DNA of 64,000 nt from Terriglobia bacterium (GCA_963664115.2 CAXWPJ010000010.1:416001-480000), one strand, 5' to 3'. Positions 9,214-19,106 are shown, counted from the stretch's first letter. Translations and numbers: made by a program. Notes: generated by a model from the letters alone, not told the origin.

Positions 9214-9373
9214 CTCGGACTCCTTTTTGTTCACACGTACACGTGTTTCGCCCGCTTTATTGCGAGGCTCAAAATGACTTTGGCACTTCGATGCCGACTC
9301 AGTCATCAAAGAGGAGTCCATACCATCAATAAATCATCTTCTCGGACGTTGAGAAACCCGCTGATTCAAATCA

Positions 9374-9402
9374 TTGCTTCCAACCCACTCGTTCTATAGC
9401 TT
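9374..9402 (+). promoter_or_regulatory. Putative sigma70 promoter between site B and the kinase start
   Basis: TTGCTT-N17-TAGCTT, about 50 nt upstream of ATG 9452. Confidence 0.4.
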
Positions 9403-9451
9403 TCTCGAGCTTTTTCACGTTTAGCAACATCAGAGACAAGGCCCCGAGCGT

Positions 9452-9568
9452 ATGCCCCTCACGTCAGGCACAAAACTCGGTCCGTTTGAGATCCGTGATG
9501 CGATAGGTGCGGGTGGCATGGGCGAAGTCTATCGGGCCACCGATACGCGGCTGGGCCGCACTGTTTAG
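9452..9568 (+). pseudogene. N-terminal relic of a Ser/Thr protein kinase
   Basis: Reads MPLTSGTKLGPFEIRDAIGAGGMGEVYRATDTRLGRTV*, a Hanks-type glycine loop truncated just before the VAIK lysine. Confidence 0.88.
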
Positions 9569-9719
9569 GGCTCTGTATCGGACTGAGAATTATGATAAGA
9601 AGTGTGACATGATGCGGTCTTCGAATCTGGATGTTCACGGTTCTGGGTGTTATCCAGGAATACGCCCGCATTCCTGTTGAGAGATACGACCCGCAACCTG
9701 AACAGCAATGAGCGCTAGT

Positions 9720-11566
9720 CCCAAAACAAGCGCATAACCAGTCCGCCGAGGCCCAGTTCGCGCCGATAGAATTCGAGGCATAGAATCCCGTTCCCGGATG
9801 GCCTGTTCCAGGTATCGAGTTTCTGTTGAATCTGTTTCAGTTCAGCCTCGCTGGTGTTGGACGGTTGACAGAAACCGGGACCTCGATCGCCCGGGCTCAG
9901 AGTCATGATCGGGTCAACATCGCAGAGGCTGACGCAACACATCCACCCCGCGGAACAAGACCGGCAACCACCGGTTCCAGGCCAGGATCCGGAACAGAAT
10001 GCGCCGCCCGGTGCGCACGAGTTGGCACGGCACAAGCATGAAAGCGTTCAAGAAGGTTTTGAACTCCATGCGCAGCACGGTTTGCTTCTCAGCCTGATAT
10101 TTTTGGCCCCAACGTCCGGTTTCGGGAAGCAGCAATGCAAACCACGCTTTCAGTGTCCAGGCCAGTGACGCGATCACCATGTAGGCCCAGTTGCTGGTCT
10201 GATCTCCGACCGGCATCCGCAACGCCTGAACGCCGTTCTTCAACTGCTCAATGAGATTCTCCTGATTGCACCGTTGATTGGCACGCATCACAATCTGGTC
10301 GGCCGGATCCGAACGGTTGGTAATGTAGAAGAAGTACCGGATGTCGTCAAACAACACCTGCTCTCCTTTGGCCACCGACAGATTCTTCCGCACCACGACG
10401 ACACGGTAGTCCCGATCGCAGGCTCCGGGTCGATACCGAAACTCGGCCACATCCTCACCCTGCAAGCGGATATTGTCGAAACCGCGCTGCCGAACGATCT
10501 CTTCCTTCACGTTGTCGGGACGTTGGCGCGGTTCGGTCGCCACGTCGTATTTCGCGGGCCGTTCCAGGCGCTTCCACTGGCGCGGCTCCAGTTCATCGGC
10601 CCGGGCCTTCAGGTTCGCCATCGCGTCAATCCCGAATATGAAACCCACCTGCTGGTCGTCCCATCCGTCCAGATGCCGGGTCTGGCTGAAGTCCGTGTCC
10701 CCGCGCAGCAGGATCTGGCGAAACCCCGCATGCCGGCACAATGCGATGGCTTGGTCGAACCGGACCGCGGCTCCTTCATGCGACGGCCGGTTGCCGCTAC
10801 GATTGACCAGATACAGCGGTTCGGCGGTGTTGGCCAGCGAGATCATCAGCGGGTGATATCCCCACGTCCCGTCGTAGGCCACGTCCATCCCTTGCTTGCA
10901 TTCCCCCGTGGTTTCGGCCAGTGTCCCGTCCGCGTCCAACACCGCTTCTTCGAAAAACGCCGCCGGTTGCTGTCGCCAGACTCCGAGCCGGACTTGATTG
11001 GTTGCCTCCATCAGACACTCCACGTCGTCGGCCTCGAATCTCCGGCAGAAGTCTCCCGCCGTCGTCGGATCCGGAATCCGTTGCGCTCCCAGCGCATCCA
11101 GATACACCGCATCGTTGCGCCGCAGTTCGATGTCTTCCAGGCACGTTCCTCCGCTCAAGGCGTTGTAGGCGATGTTCAGCACGTGATCCGACTCGTGATA
11201 CGGCAGGTGCCGCTTCAACACATGCACGCCCTTGTCGATGGCTTCGATCAGCCCGGTCCGCCGCGCCACCAGTTGCATCGTCCCGATACCACCAACCGAT
11301 GTGCCCCGCGTCCGCTCTCCCATCTCGTACTGAATGTTGCTCGCCGAAAACATCGGCTCTACCTGATCCGTCCAATGCCGGTCCCCAAGCCGACGTTCGA
11401 TTCGCCGCTTGCGGTTCCTCATGTTCTTGCGCGTATAATCGTTCATCTGAAATGCCTCCTTTTCCGAAGAATCTGTTCAAGGTTTTTTTCGCACGGAGAG
11501 GGGGCATTTCGGGTACTTCCGCTCTTATTGCACTATCATTTCCTCGTCAATCACGCTTGTTCAGGG
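9720..11566 (-). mobile_element. IS1380 family element, copy 2
   Basis: Same ends as copy 1; TSD GCTAGT on both sides. Confidence 0.95.
9914..11446 (-). CDS. IS1380 family transposase
   Basis: Protein identical to 6240-7772. Confidence 0.93.
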   Translation of the reverse strand: MNDYTRKNMRNRKRRIERRLGDRHWTDQVEPMFSASNIQYEMGERTRGTSVGGIGTMQLVARRTGLIEAIDKGVHVLKRHLPYHESDHVLNIAYNALSGGTCLEDIELRRNDAVYLDALGAQRIPDPTTAGDFCRRFEADDVECLMEATNQVRLGVWRQQPAAFFEEAVLDADGTLAETTGECKQGMDVAYDGTWGYHPLMISLANTAEPLYLVNRSGNRPSHEGAAVRFDQAIALCRHAGFRQILLRGDTDFSQTRHLDGWDDQQVGFIFGIDAMANLKARADELEPRQWKRLERPAKYDVATEPRQRPDNVKEEIVRQRGFDNIRLQGEDVAEFRYRPGACDRDYRVVVVRKNLSVAKGEQVLFDDIRYFFYITNRSDPADQIVMRANQRCNQENLIEQLKNGVQALRMPVGDQTSNWAYMVIASLAWTLKAWFALLLPETGRWGQKYQAEKQTVLRMEFKTFLNAFMLVPCQLVRTGRRILFRILAWNRWLPVLFRGVDVLRQPLRC

Positions 11567-11591
11567 GCTAGTTTGGAAAGGAGAGAATCCC

Positions 11592-13507
11592 GTGGCGAAA
11601 CCGAAAAAGAGTGGAGTCAACCGTCGTGGTTTCTTGAAAGGTACGGCAATCGGTGCAGCGGCGTTGGTGACGCCGGTGCCGCTCACGCAGGCGCAACAAG
11701 CCGGCCCGCAGCCGGGCACGGCCGCACTGCCCTCTTCCGCGGAGTTGGCGGCCGAGACTGAGCCGCTGCCGCCAGACAGTCAAGTTTTGACCGTGCAGGA
11801 CGCCGGCTCGGATTTCATGGTGGACGTCTTCAAGTCGCTTGGCTTCGAATACATCGCCTCGAATCCCGGTTCGAGTTTCCGAGGTCTTCAGGAGTCATTT
11901 ATCCATTACGGCGGTAACCAGAATCCCGAGTGGCTGACTTGCTGCCATGAAGAGTCATCGGTTGCATTAGCCGACGGCTACTTCCGAGTTTCAGGCAAGC
12001 CAATGATGGTCATGGCGCATGGAACAGTAGGGTTGCAGCACGCGGCGATGACGATCTATAACTCCTTCGTTGCCCGGACCCCCGTTTATATCGTCCTCGG
12101 TAACGCTCTCGACGCCAACACCAGGCGGCCCGGCGTGGAGTGGAATCACAGCGTGCAGGATGCGGCGGCGATGGTTCGCGACTACATCAAGTGGGACGAT
12201 ACGCCGTATTCGCTGCAACACTTTGCCGAGTCGGCTGTGCGGGCCTACAAGATTGCGATGACCGTGCCGATGGCGCCGGTCGTACTGGTGGCCGATGGCG
12301 ACCTGCAGGAGTTCCCGACCGGGGACCGTTCCAGATTGCGTATCCCAAAGCTGACGGTGACGAGGCCGCCCGCGGCCTCTCCCGAAGCATTGGCTGAAGT
12401 GGCCCAATTGCTTGTGGCCGCGGAAGACCCCGTGATCGTTGCCGGCAACGCGGCGCGTACGGAAGAAGGAATGCGACTGATGGTTGAACTGGCTGAGACG
12501 CTTCAGGCGCCGGTGCAAGGGGGTAGCCGCAACATGCCCAATCGGCACTCCTTGAGTGGTGGCGGTGCGCTCGGCAATGCGGACGTGATTCTCGGTCTGC
12601 AGGTGAACGATTTCTGGGGGACGACCCATAGGCTCCGCGATCAGCAGGAACGCTCGTACCGATCAATTACCAAACCCGACGCTAAACTTATTAGCATCTC
12701 CACGAACGATCTGTACACAAAAAGCAACTATCAGGACTTCCAGCGCTACGCTGAGCTGGACATGGCGATTGCTGCCGACGTGGAAGCGACCCTCCCATCG
12801 TTGATCGAGGCCTGCAGGCGGCTCATCACGGGGGATCGCAGGCGTGTCCTCGAGGAGCGCGGCAACAGAATTGCTGCCACAAATGCACAGGCTTTGGCGC
12901 GCGCACGCACGGCAGCGACTCACGGATGGAATGCCAGCCCGATCAGCACCACGCGAATGGCTATGGAGTTGTGGGAAGCAGTTAGAACCAAAGACTGGGC
13001 GCTGGTGCGGGCTGGAAGGAGCACCCAACTGTGGAATATCGATAGGTTCTATCGGACAATAAGCGGCGGGGGCGCAGCTGCTGTTGGCTCCGGCCTTCCG
13101 ACGTCTGTCGGTGCGGCGCTCGCCCACAGGCCATATGGGCGGCTGTGTATCGGCATTCAGAATGACGGAGACATGATGTATGCGCCGGGGCCCTGTGGAC
13201 TGCCGCGCACCACCGCATTCCGCTGTTGCTGGTCATGCATAACAACCGCGCGTATCACCAGGAAGTCATGCACATCCAGCGCATGTCCAACCGTCGGCAG
13301 CGCGGAGTGACGACGGCAACCGACGGCGTTGGGACGAAGATTGAAGATCCCAATATCGATTACGCAACACTTGCCCGAAGCATGGGTCTGTACGGGGAAG
13401 GGCCCATTTCCAATCCCAATGACCTGGGACCGGCGCTACGGCGCGCGGTCGAGCGGGTGGAACAGGGCGAACCGGCACTGGTCGACGTCGTGACTCAACC
13501 CCGATAG
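11592..13507 (+). pseudogene. Thiamine-diphosphate-binding enzyme with twin-arginine signal, frameshifted near 13187-13190
   Basis: NRRGFLK Tat motif, HEES, GDMMY; continues in another frame as HNNRAY...LVDVVTQPR. One G appears to be missing in a G-run, which could be a sequencing error. Confidence 0.8.
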
Positions 13508-13520
13508 GAGGAAAGCGCAG

Positions 13521-13901
13521 ATGTCAGCTGCCATGCGATTCTTGATCATCATGTCCTCCATATTAGTGATGGGCTCGACCCTAAGCGCGCCGACGCTGGC
13601 GCAGGCTCCCGACGTCGCGGTGCCGAGCGGCGACGTCGAAAACGGCAGGCAAATTTACGTCACGTACGGATGCTACCAATGTCACAATTATGCGGCTCAT
13701 GGCGGCAGAGCCGGGCCGCGGCTTGCTCCACGTCCCATAGCCTTTAGGGCGTTCGCTCGTTACGTGCGCACGCCGAGCAATCAGATGCCGCCTTACACCA
13801 CTGAGATCGTCACCGATCAAGAGCTGGCTGATATCTACGCTTTCCTGTTGACTGTGCCACCTCCACCCGCTGTAGACAGCATCCCGATTCTCAACGACTA
13901 G
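13521..13901 (+). CDS. Monoheme cytochrome c
   Basis: Signal peptide, CYQCH and distal MPPY. Confidence 0.9.
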   Translation: MSAAMRFLIIMSSILVMGSTLSAPTLAQAPDVAVPSGDVENGRQIYVTYGCYQCHNYAAHGGRAGPRLAPRPIAFRAFARYVRTPSNQMPPYTTEIVTDQELADIYAFLLTVPPPPAVDSIPILND

Positions 13902-14197
13902 TCACACCCGCACAGCGACGCCGTGATACGCGCCGCTGTGCGTTTCCATTGCTGAAACGTCGACGTTGCCACGGAGTTATTCAAAAGCGGTAACCCCAGG
14001 ACGACCTCGGGACCGGGGCGGCGCTGCTCCAGGCGTTGCTGAAGGGAATCGGGAGTAGTCTTCGCCCAGGCTATCGAGTAAGTTCGGACCATGGTCTTCT
14101 GGAGCTGGCATAGCGAAGTGGATTTCGTCGAGGAAGGCCGTTTTTCGGGGGCTTTCTAGTTACCGCGAAGGCGGTAACACATCCATGTGACCTTTCA

Positions 14198-14226
14198 TTG
14201 ACCCCAAGTCCCCTCCCTCGTATTAT
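14198..14226 (+). promoter_or_regulatory. Putative sigma70 promoter
   Basis: TTGACC-N17-TATTAT upstream of the gene at 14435. Confidence 0.55.
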
Positions 14227-14434
14227 TCAGCCAGATTTTCTAGGTTCTCTTAGCGACACGCAAAAAGCATGGTATCCAGCGCACAGCCAGGCAATTCAAA
14301 GGCAGGATGGCAGAAGTGCTGAAAGCCAAGGACGAAAAACTGGTCGGCGTGATTGAGGGAATCGTTTTCCTAGACATCGACGTTCAAAAATCCTAGCTAT
14401 AGCCCCACAAGCCATAAAACCAGAGGGTAATGCC

Positions 14435-15196
14435 ATGAAGTTTCTTCTGAGTGCCCTAGCCGCCGTCACAGCGGCAGCTAACATTTGCGCATTGGCCCAG
14501 GACTCTGGCGTCGTGCGTGTCCTTAGTTCTAATGGAGTGCGAGTTGTGCTCGAGGAGATGCAGCCGCAGATCGAACAGAGCATAGGACGACGGCTCGCGT
14601 TTGAGTTTAGTACTTCGCGAACTCTGACGGACCGGATCGAGGCAGGCGAAGCATTCGACGTGGCCATACTTACGCCGAGACTCATCGATGAGTTGATCTC
14701 GTTGCAGAAGGTGACGCCAGGGTCGAGCAACGAGTTCGCTCGAGTCGGCATTGGCGTAGGGAGTCGACAGGGAGCGCCTGTCAAGAGCGTCGACACACTG
14801 GAGGACCTCCGACGGACATTTCTAGAGGCGGAATCAGTTGCCTTCGGCTCGGACGGTCAGAGCCGACGAACCAACGAAGCAAGCTTCGAGGCCCTGGGCA
14901 TCGAAGATGAAATGCAGAGCAAGACGACATTGACGGGTCCGGGTGAAGCGCCCGTGCTCGTCGCGGAGGGTGAGATCGAGTTAGTACTGACCCTGGTCAG
15001 CGAGTTGTTACGCGAGCCAGGCGTTCAGCTACTTGGGCCACTGCCTCCTGAGGTCCAGGCATATGTCCACTTTGCCGCGGCCATGAGTGCGGGCGCTGGG
15101 GATCCAAGCACGGCGAGAACGCTTATCAACTTCTTATCGACCCCTGCTTTTGGAGCGGCTCTGGAGAAAAATGGTCTGGAGCCGATGAATCCGTAG
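14435..15196 (+). CDS. ModA-like periplasmic substrate-binding protein (orphan)
   Basis: Signal peptide; RIEAGEAFDVAILT, ARVGIGV, VAEGEIEL and LGPLPPEVQ motifs; no permease nearby. Confidence 0.8.
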   Translation: MKFLLSALAAVTAAANICALAQDSGVVRVLSSNGVRVVLEEMQPQIEQSIGRRLAFEFSTSRTLTDRIEAGEAFDVAILTPRLIDELISLQKVTPGSSNEFARVGIGVGSRQGAPVKSVDTLEDLRRTFLEAESVAFGSDGQSRRTNEASFEALGIEDEMQSKTTLTGPGEAPVLVAEGEIELVLTLVSELLREPGVQLLGPLPPEVQAYVHFAAAMSAGAGDPSTARTLINFLSTPAFGAALEKNGLEPMNP

Positions 15197-15321
15197 CGTT
15201 GAACCCTCCAATGCGAGCAGGATCACATGCCTGCAGGCGGACGTCGAAATTTCGTTGCCGCCCTATCCACCCGTTTTGCGGACAGTCTCCAGTTATCTAT
15301 ACTCTGATTCGACAGACACTT

Positions 15322-15380
15322 AAATCAACGTGGTCTTGATTCGGTTTGAAGAACTGAAGGAACGGGTGCCGACCCCCTGA
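15322..15380 (+). pseudogene. Degenerate C-terminus of a kinase gene
   Basis: INVVLIRFEELKERVPTP*, closely similar at DNA level to 1402-1459. Confidence 0.75.
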
Positions 15381-15392
15381 TTCCCGAGGTCA

Positions 15393-15420
15393 AGTCCTGA
15401 CAAATCATCTTCTCGGACGT
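15393..15420 (+). repeat. dif-like site C (intact)
   Basis: AGTCCTGACAA-ATCATC-TTCTCGGACGT; imperfect inverted arms that extend to TCAA...TTGA. Confidence 0.8.
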
Positions 15421-15538
15421 TGAGAAACCATGTGGCACGTATAAATTCCTGACACCCTCCGATCTCTCAAGTCACGCCACCCGGTTCTTGTGCAAAAAAG
15501 TCAATTGAACTGGTTGTCACCAGGTTACACTCCGAGGA

Positions 15539-15926
15539 ATGGGACGCGGCATCGGCTTCATTTCGTTGATTCTTGCGGCGGCAGTCGGGGCATATCTTTA
15601 CTCAGAGCAGGCCAGTAACGTCACGCCGGGTGGCGGTGGACCGACAGATGCTATTGATGTGACCAGCGTGCGAATGGATCTCATAGGAATCGCCCAAGCC
15701 GAACGCACGTACTTTGCTACGAATGGCAGGTACGCTTCGCTGGATGAACTGCGCGCCAACGGTGACACGCAAATCACCCGCGACAGACGTCCCAACTATA
15801 CGTACTCCGTCGAGACCAGCAACCAGCAACGCAGGCTTCAGGATTATCGCTGACTACTCCGGCCCTGATCCTAATGCGACCAAACGCATCAGCGTTGACG
15901 AAACGCTCACCGTGCGTACTGAGTAG
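15539..15926 (+). pseudogene. Pilin-like hypothetical protein, frameshifted by a 7-bp duplication
   Basis: N-terminal TM helix and AQAERTYFATNGRYASLDEL. ACCAGCA is duplicated at 15815-15828; removing one copy fuses ORFs 15539 and 15714. Confidence 0.7.
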
Positions 15927-15961
15927 ACAGAACCGGCTATTCGGACAACAGTCCATTCTCA

Positions 15962-15989
15962 AGTCCTGAGAAATCATCTTGTCGGACAT
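15962..15989 (+). repeat. dif-like site D (intact)
   Basis: AGTCCTGAGAA-ATCATC-TTGTCGGACAT. Confidence 0.8.
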
Positions 15990-16234
15990 TGAAAATTGGC
16001 AGATTACTGAGGTTTACTTTGTGCAATTTTCTACGATGTCGTTTCGCAGGAATTGAGAATTATTTAGCACCTAACGCCCTCCCTTAGTATTTTTTATAGA
16101 GTTTTTCACAGTTCAATTTGGGACACACTATGTAGCTTCAGCATCTGGTGCGCGCGATTGGCCGTTGCCCGCGTGCGCCGTGCTAAGGCATCCCGCGTCT
16201 CCCGGAAGACGCGGTGTGTGCGATTGTTTCCCAG

Positions 16235-18880
16235 CTAGAAATTAAACCTCGCCGAAAGCGAAATTCGGCGCCCGTCCCGGGCACTCGTCGGCAGACCAAA
16301 GAAGCTTGAAGTCTGGATGCCGTTGAAGCTGTTGTAGTTGACTTTGTTCAGGAGGTTTTCGATCTGGGCGGTCAGCGTCATCCGCAACCCTGTCCGCTGG
16401 CCATAGTAGCCGCCCCCGACCACCGGGCCGGTTGCGGGGCCGGCTTCGCCGACGGCGATTTGATCGGACCGGAGTTGGATGGATTTGGAGAGGTTCATTC
16501 CGACTTCGAAGAAGCTGGGTCCGGTCAGCGAGTTGCGTGGCACGCCTGAGGGCCGGTCGTTGTTGCTCCCGTCCTGGTTGTCGTCCCGCCCGGTCCGCAG
16601 CGTATACGGGCGGCCGCTTTCCCAGTCCAGGCGCGTGTCGGCGTTGATGTTCCAGGGCAGGCGGATGTTGAACGACGAGCTGATCCTATGCCGTGCGCCG
16701 GAACGCCCCCACTCGGAATCGAGGTCGTAGTTGTCGGCGGGCAGCGACCAGCCAAAGCCGTAGGTGTCGGCGTATACGGAGTTGAAGTTGTAGTTGCCGT
16801 TGATGTTGAGAAAGCTCAGACGTTGCCGGCCGCCCAGGAGGATGTTGTGATTTCTGGACGTACCGGTCGATTCCAACTGGCTGACGACGCCCAGCGTCGG
16901 GTCTGGGATGACACAGGTAAGGGCGTCCTGTCCGGGTTGGCAGGAGCGGCGGGTCGATTTCGTGGCGTCGTAGGGAGCGTTGATGTTGCGCGCCCGGTGA
17001 AGACTCCCTCCTCGAACGTAGCGGTACGAGCCGGTCAGGACGAGGCCAGTCGAGAAGGAATGCTCGATGGAGGTTTCCGAGATCCAATTATAGGGTGCGG
17101 CGAGGTCTTCGAAGATCCTGCGGATCGAGGGGGTCTGGTCGTCCAATTCACCTCCCTCGGCCGGGTTCGGGTAGGACGGGTTCTTGATGATGAAGGTGCG
17201 CAGGAACTCGCCGTTCAGCCGCTTGGCGGCGGCGGTTTGATTGACGAAGAACTCGTTGTGGAAGAGTCCCGATCCCCCGCGAACGACGGTGGCCGGCCCG
17301 AGGGAATAGGCGAAGCCGAATGGCGGATCGATATTGTTGTTGTCGTCGAGGTTGGTCTGATTCTGATAACGGACACCGAAGCTCAGCGTCAGGTTGTTCC
17401 GCGCCCGCCAGTCGCTCTGCAGGTAGGTTCCGGTCTCCCACTGGGACACGCCGATCTTCGGTGTGCCCAGCGTCACCTCGTATTGGGACGGGATGCCGGC
17501 CAGGTAGTCATCGAGCGTGTCGAAGGTGAACGTTCCGTTGAAGTTGTTTCGGAAATCGGATACCTCTTCCACATAGACCCCGTCAAACCCGAAGCGCAGG
17601 GACCATCGGTTACCCGTGTACATCGTCAGGTTTCCGAACTCGAAATCGGTGCGGGTGCTTTCCTGGTTGTTGGGTGAACCGCCGGAACGGAACGCGCCGG
17701 TGACATCGACGTGAGGGGCGTCGAGGATGGGAACGTTCCGGCTGGTGACCCGGATATAGCGAAAACGGGCTTCGTTGTTGAACGAGCGCGAGATGATCGC
17801 CGTTTCCCTCACCTGGAAATTGAAATCGTCCCGGTCCGACGTGTGGCTCTGCTCGGGAAGGCCGAAGCCGCCCACGTTGTTGTTTTCTCTTTGGAAGGTT
17901 CCCCACGTAAGGCTCGAGTGGAGCAGGTGGTTGAGCGAAAGCTGGGCCGTGGCCCGCGCCGTGTAACTCTGAGTGTTCGTCGGCTGGGTCACCGCCGTAT
18001 TGACAAGGCCGGTGGGCGTGAATGCCAAAAGGTTTTCGCCGTTCTCCGAGTTTTCGTTCTGAAAGCTGAAGGTCAACGTCAGCCGGTCGCGAAGCACCGG
18101 GCCACTGATGTTTCCGTTGAAATTGCGGCGTTGGTAGGGCGGGCGGCTGTCGGCAAAGGCGTTCCGGGCATCGAGAGATTCGTCGGCGAAATCGAAGGTG
18201 ATATCGCCGTTGTAGCGGCCCGTGCCGCCGCGAGTGATGATTTCGGTCTGTCCACGGGACTGTCCGATGGTTTGAGCGGTGAAGGCATTCTCATTGATCC
18301 GGATTTCCTGGATCTCGTCGCGGTTCGGTAGGCGGCCGCCGCCAAAACCATCGATGACCAGGTCGTCGTTGCGCGGGTTGGCTGTCGTGCCGCTGGCCGG
18401 GCTGCGCAGGTCGTTGAGGTACTCGCGAAGCTCGGCTTCATCTTCGGGTAGGTCACTGTTGAGCTCGGCGATGTCGGAGGCGGAGAGCGATCCCGTCCAG
18501 GCGGCGCGCTGGGCGGGATTCAGGAACTTGATCGCAGCGAGCAGGAGCTGGTCGCCCAGTACGAGGATTTCCCCTTCGATCCCGTCGCGGTTGCCGCCGT
18601 TGGCCTCCAGCATGTCGTTCAAGGCGCGGAGATGAGCCTCGTAGACCGAGCGGACCTGCGTCTCCTGGTCAAACGGTATCGGCGGCGCGCCGGCGGCGGC
18701 CAAAGTTGCCTGAAGCCCCGCGACGCCGTCTTCCAACAAGATACGGCCCGCTTCGATGCGCTCGATGCCGATCTCTGCCTGGGGCTGGTCCCGGACCGGG
18801 GCCGTCTGTGCGGGTCGAGACACGGTAGGAGAAACGGCGACGAGTGTGAGTATGAGGAGCAGAGGAGTCAGCTGAGCCAT
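16235..18880 (-). CDS. TonB-dependent-receptor-like outer-membrane beta-barrel protein
   Basis: 881 aa with signal peptide; LDARNAFA, YLQSDWR, FGVRY and TGRDDNQDG motifs and terminal RFNF. Confidence 0.85.
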   Translation of the reverse strand: MAQLTPLLLILTLVAVSPTVSRPAQTAPVRDQPQAEIGIERIEAGRILLEDGVAGLQATLAAAGAPPIPFDQETQVRSVYEAHLRALNDMLEANGGNRDGIEGEILVLGDQLLLAAIKFLNPAQRAAWTGSLSASDIAELNSDLPEDEAELREYLNDLRSPASGTTANPRNDDLVIDGFGGGRLPNRDEIQEIRINENAFTAQTIGQSRGQTEIITRGGTGRYNGDITFDFADESLDARNAFADSRPPYQRRNFNGNISGPVLRDRLTLTFSFQNENSENGENLLAFTPTGLVNTAVTQPTNTQSYTARATAQLSLNHLLHSSLTWGTFQRENNNVGGFGLPEQSHTSDRDDFNFQVRETAIISRSFNNEARFRYIRVTSRNVPILDAPHVDVTGAFRSGGSPNNQESTRTDFEFGNLTMYTGNRWSLRFGFDGVYVEEVSDFRNNFNGTFTFDTLDDYLAGIPSQYEVTLGTPKIGVSQWETGTYLQSDWRARNNLTLSFGVRYQNQTNLDDNNNIDPPFGFAYSLGPATVVRGGSGLFHNEFFVNQTAAAKRLNGEFLRTFIIKNPSYPNPAEGGELDDQTPSIRRIFEDLAAPYNWISETSIEHSFSTGLVLTGSYRYVRGGSLHRARNINAPYDATKSTRRSCQPGQDALTCVIPDPTLGVVSQLESTGTSRNHNILLGGRQRLSFLNINGNYNFNSVYADTYGFGWSLPADNYDLDSEWGRSGARHRISSSFNIRLPWNINADTRLDWESGRPYTLRTGRDDNQDGSNNDRPSGVPRNSLTGPSFFEVGMNLSKSIQLRSDQIAVGEAGPATGPVVGGGYYGQRTGLRMTLTAQIENLLNKVNYNSFNGIQTSSFFGLPTSARDGRRISLSARFNF

Positions 18881-19106
18881 CCCTTTTCGGGCCCGCGTTT
18901 AAGTTGCGAACGTATGTTTTAGATCGGCCCGAGGTTAGAGAGGGTCCCGCTTGCGATCACGGTGCTTGCCCCGGCGTTCGCTTCGGATGGCGAAAGGCGG
19001 TCAGGTTCGACAAATCGGGATCGGTCGGATCCATCCTCAAACCGTCGGTGCATCCGATGTTGGAGGATAGGTCCGACCGCAGCTTCTGACCTTTCAGGAC
19101 CTAAAG

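Larger units (their letters stand above)
6018..9328 (-). mobile_element. IS110 family (IS1111-type) element 2, interrupted by IS1380 copy 1
   Basis: Sub-terminal IRs TGGACTCCTCT (6022-6032) and AGAGGAGTCCA (9310-9320). TTGACA lies on the minus strand at 6032-6037. The flanks rejoin into site B. Confidence 0.85.
6011..9349 (+). repeat. dif-like site B, split by IS110 element 2 (halves at 6011-6017 and 9329-9349)
   Basis: Joining the flanks gives AGTCCTG|ATAA-ATCATC-TTCTCGGACGT. Confidence 0.8.

Noticed and set aside
6120-11566. Composite transposon formed by inverted IS1380 copies 1 and 2
   Set aside because: Each copy has its own TSD, and copy 1 lies inside IS110 element 2, whose flanks rejoin cleanly. 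Independent insertions explain the pattern.
13181-13200. Programmed frameshift in the first ThDP enzyme
   Set aside because: There is no slippery heptamer or stimulator. A single missing G in a G-run is more likely a mutation or sequencing error, and the paralog is continuous.
15393-15989. Integron attC sites
   Set aside because: GTTGAGA resembles GTTRRRY, but there is no matching RYYYAAC. The sites are only ~28-34 bp with an invariant centre, and no integron integrase is present.
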